DNA from: Acidobacteriota bacterium
GTDB taxonomy: Bacteria > Acidobacteriota > CAIWXX01
NCBI GenBank assembly: GCA_040755995.1
Contig: JBFMAF010000038.1
Coordinates: 1,593 to 65,592 of the forward strand
Length of the DNA: 64,000 nt
Direction of reading: 5' to 3'
This document shows, one piece after another, positions 18,550 through 26,799 of this stretch. The stretch's first letter is position 1. Each line of letters starts with the position of its first letter. The notes beneath the pieces are model-generated. The model was given only the letters and a program-made list of their open reading frames with translations, made no database searches and was not told the DNA's origin. The translations under genes were made by a program, and so were the position numbers.

Positions 18550-18924
18550 ATGCCAAGAGGTGACAGAACGGGGCCCGTGGGGATGGGTCCGATGACGGGG
18601 CGCGCTGCAGGGTACTGCGCGGGGCTCGGTGTGCCCGGCTATTCGAATCCCGCTCCCGGACGGATGTTCCGGGCGGGAGTCGGAATGGGCGGAGGAGGAC
18701 TGGGCCGCGGGTTCGGCGGCGGTGGTCGCGGATGGCGACACTGGTTCCACGCCACTGGTCTGCCCGGTTGGATGCGATTCGGTGGGTGGGCGGCACCCTA
18801 CGCGAAGCCTGACCGCGAATCGGAGAGGCGCACACTGCGGAATGAAGCACAGGCCTTGAAGGCCACCCTGGACTCGATCCAGAGTCGACTCTCCGAGCTG
18901 GAGGCCGGTCCAGACAAGCCGTGA
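18550..18924 (+). CDS. DUF5320-family protein (MPRGDRTGPVGMGPMTGRAAGYCAG..., WRHWFHATGLPGWMRFGG, coiled-coil C-terminus)
   Basis: RBS AAGGAGAA. The N-terminal 'MPRGD.TGP.GMGPMTGR..GYC' is the hallmark of DUF5320. Paralog of 14280-14621. Confidence 0.7.
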   Translation: MPRGDRTGPVGMGPMTGRAAGYCAGLGVPGYSNPAPGRMFRAGVGMGGGGLGRGFGGGGRGWRHWFHATGLPGWMRFGGWAAPYAKPDRESERRTLRNEAQALKATLDSIQSRLSELEAGPDKP

Positions 18925-18995
18925 ACCCGTGGAGAGGAATCCGTACCGGTGACTCTGACCACCAGTCCGAAGCAAGACGCTGCGGGGAGGATACG

Positions 18996-19358
18996 ATGAA
19001 GATTGCCTTCAGTACGTCGGGGCAGACCCTCGATGCCCCTCTGGACGGGCGTTTCGGCCGGGCGCCGAGGTTCCTCGTGTACGACGTCGAGCGTGCCGAT
19101 TTCAAGATCGTCGACAACACACAGGCATTCGATGCGATGCAAGGAGCAGGCGTCCAGGCGGCGGAGACAGTCACACGTGCAGGGGCGGGCTGCGTTGTGA
19201 CGGGGCACTGCGGGCCGAAGGCCTTCCGGGTCCTCTCTGCTGCCGGCATCGAGGTCTACACGACCGGCGCAGCCAGCGTGGCCGAGGCCCTGGAGCTCTT
19301 CCGCTCTGGGAAGCTCGTGCCCGCCACGGGTCCGGACGTGGATGGGCACTGGGCATGA
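18996..19358 (+). CDS. NifX/NifB-type dinitrogenase FeMo-cofactor-binding domain protein
   Basis: 'MKIAFSTSG..LDAPLDGRFGRAPRFLVYDVE...GAGCVVTGHCGPKAFRVLSAAGIEVYT' is a textbook NifX-like signature. Start chosen at the internal ATG with RBS GGGGAGG. Confidence 0.8.
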   Translation: MKIAFSTSGQTLDAPLDGRFGRAPRFLVYDVERADFKIVDNTQAFDAMQGAGVQAAETVTRAGAGCVVTGHCGPKAFRVLSAAGIEVYTTGAASVAEALELFRSGKLVPATGPDVDGHWA

Positions 19359-19882
19359 GGGCGACCGACCGAACTCTTCGGAGCGTCACTTACAAGCCGA
19401 TCGGCACAGTGCGGAGCGAGCATCGAGATCCCGAGCGGACGCCGATCCAGCCGACCCATGCGAGAGGTTGCAGGGGCCGCCTGCAGATTCGCCCGGAGGT
19501 GGCCGCAGGACTGAAGGACCTGGACGGTTTCTCTCACATCCTGCTGATCTACCACCTTCACAAGGCAGGCGGGCCGATGCTGACGGTGAGGCCGTTCATG
19601 GACGAGGCTGAAAGAGGTGTCTTTGCGACGAGGCATCCACGGCGCCCGAACGCCATCGGCATCAGCGTCGTGCGGCTTGTTCGGATCGAAGGTGAGACTT
19701 TGTACGTCGACGATCTGGACATTCTCGACGGCACGCCACTGCTCGACATCAAACCCTTCGTCCGCAGGTTCGACACGGTCGGGACCTCCCGTGACGGATG
19801 GGCGGGGCGGGTGGATGAGAGGACGGCCAGGCTGAGGGGTCGCAGAGGTTGTCGAAGGAGCCGGTCATCGGACCGGCGTTGA
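19355..19882 (+). CDS. TsaA/TrmO (YaeB, UPF0066) family tRNA-methyltransferase-like protein
   Basis: 'GFSHILLIYHLHK', 'GVFATRHPRRPNAIGISVVRLVRIEGETLYVDDLDILDGTPLLDIKPF'. ATG overlaps the upstream stop (ATGA). Confidence 0.75.
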   Translation: MRATDRTLRSVTYKPIGTVRSEHRDPERTPIQPTHARGCRGRLQIRPEVAAGLKDLDGFSHILLIYHLHKAGGPMLTVRPFMDEAERGVFATRHPRRPNAIGISVVRLVRIEGETLYVDDLDILDGTPLLDIKPFVRRFDTVGTSRDGWAGRVDERTARLRGRRGCRRSRSSDRR

Positions 19883-19887
19883 CGACG

Positions 19888-20766
19888 ATGAGCAAGAAAT
19901 TCGTCATCGCGGTTGCCTCGGGAAAGGGCGGGACGGGCAAGACGACCGTGGCTGTCAATCTTGCCCGTGTGCTGCCGGACCCGGTGCAGCTGATGGACTG
20001 CGACGTCGAGGAGCCGAACTGCCATCTGTTCCTGGACGGGGCGACCAGGGGCCAGGAGGAGGTCCATATCCCAGTGCCCGCAGTTGACGAGTCGCTCTGC
20101 GATGCCTGCGGCGAATGCAGCCGGATTTGCCAGTACCATGCCATCGTGTCGCTCAAGACCAAGCCTCTCCTGTTCCACGACCTCTGCCACGGATGTGGCG
20201 GATGTGCACGGGTCTGCCCTCCAGGTGCGATCCGCGAAGTGGGCCACCGCATCGGGGTCATCGAGACGTCGACGTCGGATCGCATCACCCTGATCCAGGG
20301 GCGGCTGGACGTCGGTGTCCCAACTGCCCCGCCGTTGATCCGCGCCGTGAGGGACCGTCGCCGGGACGACATGCCTGCCATTCTGGATGCGCCGCCCGGA
20401 ACCTCGTGCCCGGTCATCACGACCGTCAGAGACTCGGACTTCGTGCTGCTTGTCGCCGAGCCGACCCCGTTCGGATTGCACGACCTGGAGCTGGCGATCG
20501 AGCTTGTGCGGCAGCTGCGGATACCGTTCGGAGTCATGGTCAATCGTGCGGGGTCTGGAGACGAACGCGTTCGCACGCTCTGCCAAGACGAAGGAATCGA
20601 GATACTGCTGGAAGTGCCGGAAGATCGTAGAGTCGCCGAGAGCTGCTCGAGAGGCGAGATCCTGGTGGATGTGCTGCCGGAGTACCGGCGGCTCTTCGTG
20701 CGGCTGCTGGAGACGGTCCTGGAGCGGTGCAACCGGGCAGAAGGAGCCAGACATGCCCACGTATGA
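19888..20766 (+). CDS. MinD/ParA-superfamily P-loop ATPase with inserted 4Fe-4S dicluster ferredoxin domain
   Basis: Deviant Walker A 'SGKGGTGKTT'. Two CxxCxxCxxxCP motifs (CDACGECSRICQYHAI; CHGCGGCARVCPPGAI). Confidence 0.8.
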   Translation: MSKKFVIAVASGKGGTGKTTVAVNLARVLPDPVQLMDCDVEEPNCHLFLDGATRGQEEVHIPVPAVDESLCDACGECSRICQYHAIVSLKTKPLLFHDLCHGCGGCARVCPPGAIREVGHRIGVIETSTSDRITLIQGRLDVGVPTAPPLIRAVRDRRRDDMPAILDAPPGTSCPVITTVRDSDFVLLVAEPTPFGLHDLELAIELVRQLRIPFGVMVNRAGSGDERVRTLCQDEGIEILLEVPEDRRVAESCSRGEILVDVLPEYRRLFVRLLETVLERCNRAEGARHAHV

Positions 20767-21016
20767 GTATGAGTGCGGGAGATGCGGTCACAGGTTCGAG
20801 CGCATGCAGTCAATCACCGATGCGCCTCTCGAACGATGCCCCGAGTGCGACGGAGAGATCCGGCGCCTGGTGAGCGGCGGGGCCGGGTTCATCATCAAGG
20901 GGGGCGAGGCGGGTCGCCCCGGTTCTCACGCAGGCGACTGCGCTATCGAGCAGCGCGGGCAGACCTGCTGCGGCCGTGAGGAGCGGTGCGACAAGCCGCC
21001 GTGCGGGGGCAGATGA
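20753..21016 (+). CDS. FmdB-family zinc-ribbon small protein with Cys-rich C-terminal tail
   Basis: 'MPTYEYECGRCGHRFE...CPECDG' is the FmdB (CxxC..CxxC) signature. Tail '...GDCAIEQRGQTCCGREERCDKPPCGG'. RBS GAAGGAG. Confidence 0.7.
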   Translation: MPTYEYECGRCGHRFERMQSITDAPLERCPECDGEIRRLVSGGAGFIIKGGEAGRPGSHAGDCAIEQRGQTCCGREERCDKPPCGGR

Positions 21017-21969
21017 TCACACAGCATGCGGCCGGGCACGTCTACGGTCCCGTCTCTTCACGACGTCTGGGCAGATCCCTTGGCGTGGACCTGGTCCCCT
21101 TCAAGACCTGCACGTATGATTGTGTCTACTGCCAGTTGGGCCGCACCACAGACAAGACGACGGTTCGTACCGAATACGTGCCGGCCGATATGGTGTTCGA
21201 TGAGCTGCAGGCAAAATTGGCGACCACGAAGGCTGTCGACCATGTGACAATCGCCGGTTCCGGCGAGCCGACATTGAACTCCCGGGTGGGCGATCTCGTC
21301 ACAAGGATCAAGGCCCTCACGAGCATCCCGCTGGCCGTCCTGACAAACGGATCGCTCCTGTGGATCCGCGACGTGCAAGACGCACTCATGGACGCAGACC
21401 TGGTCCTCCCCTCGCTCGACGCCGGCGACGAGAACCTCTTCAGGTACGTGAACCGACCGCACAGCGACATTCGCTTCGCGACGATGGTCGATGGCCTCGT
21501 GCAATTCAGGGAGCGCTTCTCCGGACGTCTCTGGCTCGAGGTGTTCCTGCTCGGAGGGGTCACGGGAATCCGCCCGGAGGTCGAGAGGATCGCGGCGCTT
21601 GTGCAGCGGATTCGACCTGAGCGAGTCCAGCTCAACTCCGTCTCTCGGCCTCCATGCGAGGATTTCGCCTTCCCCGTGCCTGCAAGACAGATGGAGGGGT
21701 TCGCAGATCTGTTCGAAGTAGGTGCTGAAGTCGTCTGCGTCGAAAGAGGCGAAGGGGAAGGTGAGATTGTGGAGGCGAGTTCGGTGACCGACGAGGCGAT
21801 CCTGGCCCTGCTGAAGAGACGGCCGTGCACCGCCAGAGGGGTCGCTAGGGGGCTCGGCATCCATCTCAGCGATGCGACCAAACGATTGCACCGGCTGGCG
21901 CAGCAGACCGAGGTCAGACTGCTCCGCAGGCACAGGAGACTCTTCTACTGGGTCGACAACACACCATGA
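21013..21969 (+). CDS. Radical SAM protein (CTYDCVYC). ATG at 21013 overlapping the FmdB stop is preferred; the track ORF starts at 20986.
   Basis: 'YGPVSSRRLGRSLGVDLVPFKTCTYDCVYCQLG' is a CxxxCxxC core with the upstream GPV.SRRLG motif seen in small COG0731-type radical SAM enzymes. Confidence 0.8.
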   Translation: MITQHAAGHVYGPVSSRRLGRSLGVDLVPFKTCTYDCVYCQLGRTTDKTTVRTEYVPADMVFDELQAKLATTKAVDHVTIAGSGEPTLNSRVGDLVTRIKALTSIPLAVLTNGSLLWIRDVQDALMDADLVLPSLDAGDENLFRYVNRPHSDIRFATMVDGLVQFRERFSGRLWLEVFLLGGVTGIRPEVERIAALVQRIRPERVQLNSVSRPPCEDFAFPVPARQMEGFADLFEVGAEVVCVERGEGEGEIVEASSVTDEAILALLKRRPCTARGVARGLGIHLSDATKRLHRLAQQTEVRLLRRHRRLFYWVDNTP

Positions 21970-22898
21970 CCAGAGAGCTTGTCGTCGTGAGCGGCAAAGG
22001 CGGAACAGGGAAGACGAGCCTCGCCGCGTCCTTCGCGGCCCTGGCGCGCCGTCCGGTGATCGCGGACTGCGATGTCGATGCGGCGGACCTGCATCTGGTT
22101 CTGACACCGCGAGTCGTCGAACGGCACGAGTTCTGGAGCGGCCACGAGGCCGTGGTCCGAACGGCGGACTGCACACTCTGCGGTGCCTGTCTCGGGGACT
22201 GCGGCTATGGAGCGATCAGGATGGAAAACCAGCAGGACGGCAGGGCGACCTTCTCGGTGGATCCTCTGTCGTGCGAGGGGTGCGGTGTCTGCGTGCGATT
22301 CTGCCCGGCACAGGCGATGGATTTCCGCGAGAGATTGTGCGGCGAGTGGATGGTGTCGGAAACCCGCTGCGGACCGATGGTCCACGCACAGTTGGGGATC
22401 GCCGCCGAGAACTCCGGCAAGCTCGTCTCGACCGTCCGGCGCGCGGCGCGCCGCATCGCCGAGGACAACGGTCATCCCCTGGTCATCGTCGATGGGCCGC
22501 CGGGGATCGGATGCCCGGTCATTGCGTCGATCACCGGCGCGGATGCCGTGCTGGTGGTCACCGAGCCCACACGGTCCGGAGAACACGATCTTCGACGAGT
22601 AATCGAGCTGTCTCGTCACTTTCAGATCCCCTCGTGGGTGTGCGTGAACAAGAGCGACATCAATCCTGAGCTGACGGTGCGAATCGAGGCGGAGGCACGG
22701 AGCATGGGATGTGAGGTCGCCGGGCGGATTCCCTGGGATCCGTCCGTCACCGGCGCCCAGCTCGCAGGCGCCTCCGTGGTCGAGTACGGCAACGGACCCG
22801 CCGCCAGCGGCATCCGGAGCATCTGGGAGAGGCTGGAGCATGTCGTTCTGCTCGGAGCCCCTGGTGAAAGGAAACTCGCTGCGGCGGCGGAATCTTGA
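21966..22898 (+). CDS. Second MinD/ParA-type P-loop ATPase with 4Fe-4S dicluster domain
   Basis: 'SGKGGTGKTS'. 'CTLCGACLGDCGYGAI' and 'CEGCGVCVRFCPAQAM'. ATG overlaps the radical-SAM stop. Confidence 0.8.
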   Translation: MTRELVVVSGKGGTGKTSLAASFAALARRPVIADCDVDAADLHLVLTPRVVERHEFWSGHEAVVRTADCTLCGACLGDCGYGAIRMENQQDGRATFSVDPLSCEGCGVCVRFCPAQAMDFRERLCGEWMVSETRCGPMVHAQLGIAAENSGKLVSTVRRAARRIAEDNGHPLVIVDGPPGIGCPVIASITGADAVLVVTEPTRSGEHDLRRVIELSRHFQIPSWVCVNKSDINPELTVRIEAEARSMGCEVAGRIPWDPSVTGAQLAGASVVEYGNGPAASGIRSIWERLEHVVLLGAPGERKLAAAAES

Positions 22899-24069
22899 TG
22901 CCGTCGAGGAGGATGTGCGACGCTGCCTTCACCGGGACCTGCGCCATTTCTGGTTCATCTGCTCGGAGCTGAACAACCTCGGCCGCGAATTCGCCCTCGT
23001 CCTGGCGGAGCGGATGCTGCGGATGAACGAGCAACGCGGCTCCGACCGGTTCACGTGGAAGTCGTACATGTTGCCGCGCTCGTTCTCGCAGAGCGATTTC
23101 GATCTCCTCTACAGATCGGGGTTCGTCACGACGTGGAATCCGGTCGAGTCGTTCGATGACGCCCAGCTCGCCCTGTCGCGCTCGCCCTACAGCGCGCGCG
23201 ACGCGTCGCTCTTCCTGGGGCGCGACTTTCGCGCGAGAAGGAAGCACGGTCGCTTGCCGCCATTGCCTGTGTCTATCTTCCTGGGCGACCAGCACCTGAC
23301 CCCGGAGTCGCTCTCGCGTTGCGTCCAGCGCTTCAACCGCGAGCGCCTCTGGAGAGTCTGCGGCGGCGCAGTGGCAGTCCACGCCCTTCGCGTCTGGGAC
23401 TTCGAATCCCAGGGCGTACCGGAAGGGGAGGCGGTCACGTTCGCTCCCGAGGGGACTGGACGCCTCGATCTCGCCCACCCAACGTATCACTTTCCGGCGG
23501 AACTGCTGCGCGACTTCGGCAGCCGCGAGGCCGTGATGGTCCTCCACGATCGTCTCCTCTCGACGTTCTTCTCGCATGGGCACCGGAATCGGCCGGAGTG
23601 GTGCCGGTTCCTGGCTCGACACGCATCGCCCACCACACTGCATCGGGAATTGCTGCGCATCGGAAGCGAGGCCGTGCTCAAGGATCCTTCCGTCGAAACG
23701 CTTCGCGATCTCATGACGCCGTCACGCGACAACGAGGCGAGCTGCGAGGCCGTGGCAGAGCGCCTGCTCGGACTGCTCCGGCGGGCGTATCGACGGGACC
23801 TCGAGCGGATCTACCGGTTCCTGGAGATTCCCTCCGACCGGCGGGGGAGGATTGCGATCGACGAGTACGACCTGCACGAAATTCTTTATCGGAAGTTCGA
23901 GACCACGGAAGGGCTCCTAGCCGCCGTGAAACGGCGGTTCCGCCAGCGAACCGGCTCGACGCTCCTCCTGCTGTTTCGTTCAGAGCTCCATCGCCGAAAC
24001 GTCCTGCTGGACCCGCTGCACAGGAAATGGATCTTCCGGCATCTCGACCGACCAGGTTCATCGATATGA
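22840..24069 (+). CDS. Hypothetical protein resembling the post-Cys-motif half of a B12-binding radical SAM enzyme, but lacking the B12 domain and the CxxxCxxC triad
   Basis: 'SLRRRNLDAVEEDVRRCLHRDLRHFWFICSELNN' aligns by eye with 'RKTRYHSVERVLDEIEYVSRKGLRRFWFADPSF' of the bona fide B12-rSAM at 46048-47352. The start overlaps the MinD gene end. Weak call. Confidence 0.35.
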   Translation: MSFCSEPLVKGNSLRRRNLDAVEEDVRRCLHRDLRHFWFICSELNNLGREFALVLAERMLRMNEQRGSDRFTWKSYMLPRSFSQSDFDLLYRSGFVTTWNPVESFDDAQLALSRSPYSARDASLFLGRDFRARRKHGRLPPLPVSIFLGDQHLTPESLSRCVQRFNRERLWRVCGGAVAVHALRVWDFESQGVPEGEAVTFAPEGTGRLDLAHPTYHFPAELLRDFGSREAVMVLHDRLLSTFFSHGHRNRPEWCRFLARHASPTTLHRELLRIGSEAVLKDPSVETLRDLMTPSRDNEASCEAVAERLLGLLRRAYRRDLERIYRFLEIPSDRRGRIAIDEYDLHEILYRKFETTEGLLAAVKRRFRQRTGSTLLLLFRSELHRRNVLLDPLHRKWIFRHLDRPGSSI

Positions 24070-24752
24070 CGACACACGCCATCATCGGAGGAATGGGGCC
24101 GCTCGCCTCGGCCGCGTTCCTACAAACCATCTACGAAAATCACGGCTGGGATCGCGAGCAGGAGCTGCCGGATATCCTGCTCCATTCGCTTTCCTCGGTC
24201 CCCGACCGCACTTCCACCTTGCTGTCCGGGCGGGACGATCTCCTCCTCGAACGCCTGCGGTGCGCGCTGCGGCAGGTCAACCTGCTTGATCCCGCATCGA
24301 TCGTGATCTGCTGCGTGACGTCTCATCATCTCCTCGACCGCCTGCCGGAGGAGATTCTGCCGAAGATCATCTCGCTCACCGACACGGCGCTGAAGACCGT
24401 TGCGGCGAAAGGCGAGCGCGCACTTCTCCTGGCCACCCGCGCCACCTATGAGCTGCGCGTCTTCGAACGGAGCCGGCACTACGCGGCGGCCGCGCCGCTG
24501 ATCGTGACACCCGAGCCGGCGGATCAGGAGCGCGTGCACGCGATGATCTATGACGATCTCAAGAAAGGCCGGCGGATCGCAGAAACAGCCGACGCACTTG
24601 CGGCCATGACCGCGCGGTACGGAGTCGGCGCGTTCATCGCCGGCTGCACCGAATTCCATCTGGTGACGCGTCATCTCCGGAAGAACCGCGTGGCGACGCC
24701 TTCCTTTATCGATCCGCTGATGACGATCGCTGACAAGGAGATGAGGGCATGA
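24066..24752 (+). CDS. Asp/Glu/hydantoin racemase family protein (aspartate racemase-like)
   Basis: 'IGGMGPLASAAF', 'CCVTSHH', 'AGCTEFHL' are the two catalytic-Cys motifs of the family. ATG in frame inside the long track ORF. Confidence 0.7.
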   Translation: MTTHAIIGGMGPLASAAFLQTIYENHGWDREQELPDILLHSLSSVPDRTSTLLSGRDDLLLERLRCALRQVNLLDPASIVICCVTSHHLLDRLPEEILPKIISLTDTALKTVAAKGERALLLATRATYELRVFERSRHYAAAAPLIVTPEPADQERVHAMIYDDLKKGRRIAETADALAAMTARYGVGAFIAGCTEFHLVTRHLRKNRVATPSFIDPLMTIADKEMRA

Positions 24753-26605
24753 GTCCGGCTTACTCGAACGCCACTCTGCGGGAGAGGATCGTCGAGCTCG
24801 TCGGGGACGTCTCGGGGCTCAGTCCCTCCTCGATCGATCCAAACGCCAACTTCTTCAGCCTCGGACTGAACTCCCTGATGTTCATGCAAATCCGGGACCG
24901 GATCGAGAGGGAGCTCGGCGTCGAGCTTGCGGTGAGCCAGTTCACTAACGATGTCTCAACGCTGGTGAAGCTGACCGGATACCTGGAGGAGCGGCTCGCA
25001 CTCGTTCCTTCCTCCGAATCTCAGCCGCCGCCAGTTCCGGATCGCTCCGATCAGACCGGACGGACTGGGGAGACTTCCCTCGACCTTTCATCACTCTCGG
25101 GGCTCGATACGCTCTTTCGCCGCCAGCTCGATGTACTGGAGCGGCAGAACGAGATCCTGCTCTCCGCCTTCCTCAACGGCGGCGGTGCGGCCCCCGCTCC
25201 GTCCCGCCCCGCGCCGGCTCCCCCCGGGAAGGCCTACGTTCCCTTCAAGGCGATCGTGACGTCGCGTTCCTCCGGCGTTGCCCAGGAGCATGTCGAAGCA
25301 CTCGCGCGGCTCCTGGGCGAGAAGTGCAAGTCGACGAAGGACCTTACCCAGAAGCATCGTCGCGTCTTCGGCAATAATCGCGCCATCGCCGGGTTCCGGC
25401 CAGATTGGAAGGAGATGGTCTATCCGCTCATCGCCGCCCGTGCGGACGGCTCGCGGATCTGGGATCCTGACGGGAACGAATACATCGACCTCACTATGGG
25501 CTTCGGCGTGGCGCTCTTCGGCCACAACCCCGCGTTCGTGATGGAGGCGATCCGGGCGGAGCTCGCAAACGGCATGCCACTCGGCCCGCTCTCGCCGCTG
25601 GCGGGGGAGGTTGCGGAGCTCATCGCCGAGCTTACCGGAGTCGAGCGCGTGGCCTTCTTCAACTCGGGTACCGAGGCCGTGATGGTGGCACTCAGGCTCG
25701 CCCGGACTGTGACTGGCCGCGCCAGGGTCGCGATCTTCTCGGGTTCCTTTCATGGAAGCTTCGACGGCATACTTGCGATCCGCGGCGCGGGCGGCAGGAC
25801 GCTGCCCATGCTGCCGGGCAGTCCCGCGGGCATCGTCGCCGATGTCATCGTTCTCGACTACGACGATCCGGCCTCGCTGGATTACGTGGCGGCGCACGGC
25901 GGGGAGCTGGCAGCGGTCCTCGTCGAACCGGTGCAGAGCCGTCATGTCGAGATCCAGCCGCGCGACTTCCTGCACCGGCTCAGGGAGCTGACCGCCGCGT
26001 CCGGAACCGCGCTGATCTTCGACGAGGTCATCACTGGCTTCCGGATCCATCCGGGCGGCGCGCAGGCCAGGTTCGACGTGCGCGCTGACATCGTAACCTA
26101 CGGCAAGATCATCGGCGGCGGGCTTCCGATTGGGATCGTGGCCGGTCGCGCCGAATTCATCGACGCGGTGGACGGAGGGATGTGGCAATACGGCGACGAA
26201 TCCTATCCCGCGAAGAAGAACACCTTCGTGTCTGGGACCTTCTGCCACCATCCCCTCGCGATGGCCGCCGCGCGCGCCGTGCTTCTTCACCTCAGGAGAG
26301 AGGGCCCGAAGCTCCAGGAGGACCTGAATCAGCGCACCGCGGCGTTCGTGACCCGCATGGCCGATCTGTTCAGGGACAGGAGCTGGCCGATCCGCATCGC
26401 CTGCTTCGGCTCGCTCTTCAGGATGGATCTCATGCCGGATCACGAGCTCCTCTACTACCACCTGCTTGACAAGGGCGTCTATGTCTGGGAGGGCCGCAAC
26501 TGCTTCCTCTCGACCGCGCATTCAGACGGCGACATCGAAGCGATCGAAACGGCGATCCGCGCATCCGCGGAGGCCATCGAGCGGGCCGGGCTCTTCCACC
26601 ACTGA
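24749..26605 (+). CDS. Fusion of an N-terminal acyl/peptidyl carrier protein domain to a class-III (glutamate-1-semialdehyde aminomutase-like) PLP aminotransferase
   Basis: N-terminus 'FFSLGLNSLMFMQIRDRIE' (PP-binding, Asn instead of the usual Asp before the Ser). Body 'FNSGTEAVMVALRLAR', 'FDEVITGFR', 'YGKIIGGGLPIG' (PLP-Lys region). ATG overlaps the racemase stop. Confidence 0.8.
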   Translation: MSPAYSNATLRERIVELVGDVSGLSPSSIDPNANFFSLGLNSLMFMQIRDRIERELGVELAVSQFTNDVSTLVKLTGYLEERLALVPSSESQPPPVPDRSDQTGRTGETSLDLSSLSGLDTLFRRQLDVLERQNEILLSAFLNGGGAAPAPSRPAPAPPGKAYVPFKAIVTSRSSGVAQEHVEALARLLGEKCKSTKDLTQKHRRVFGNNRAIAGFRPDWKEMVYPLIAARADGSRIWDPDGNEYIDLTMGFGVALFGHNPAFVMEAIRAELANGMPLGPLSPLAGEVAELIAELTGVERVAFFNSGTEAVMVALRLARTVTGRARVAIFSGSFHGSFDGILAIRGAGGRTLPMLPGSPAGIVADVIVLDYDDPASLDYVAAHGGELAAVLVEPVQSRHVEIQPRDFLHRLRELTAASGTALIFDEVITGFRIHPGGAQARFDVRADIVTYGKIIGGGLPIGIVAGRAEFIDAVDGGMWQYGDESYPAKKNTFVSGTFCHHPLAMAAARAVLLHLRREGPKLQEDLNQRTAAFVTRMADLFRDRSWPIRIACFGSLFRMDLMPDHELLYYHLLDKGVYVWEGRNCFLSTAHSDGDIEAIETAIRASAEAIERAGLFHH

Positions 26606-26649
26606 GAGCTACCGAGGCCACGCCCTCCACGTCAACGCCCGTTTCCGTC

Positions 26650-26668
26650 GTCAACAACGGTTGACATC
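26650..26668. promoter_or_regulatory. Motif GTCAAC-N4-GTTGACATC (contains -35-like TTGACA). Recurs at 62541-62559, with a wider-spaced variant at 62388-62434.
   Basis: Exact recurrence read from the sequence in two intergenic regions. Confidence 0.3.
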
Positions 26669-26707
26669 CTGAAGGGCCGGCCCGTTCCAAGGTTCCAAGA
26701 CCAAGGC

Positions 26708-26736
26708 TTGACGTCCGAGGCGATTTGTCCTAGATT
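26708..26736 (+). promoter_or_regulatory. Candidate sigma70-type promoter for the ABC exporter: TTGACG, 17-nt spacer, TAGATT
   Basis: -35/-10-like hexamers with canonical spacing about 65 nt upstream of the 26800 start, in a 190-nt intergenic gap after a long coupled operon. Confidence 0.35.
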
Positions 26737-26799
26737 CGTCAAATGTTCACGACCGAAATCGAAGTCATTGGATTATTCTAGCGCTGGCGTGGCCGTCCA

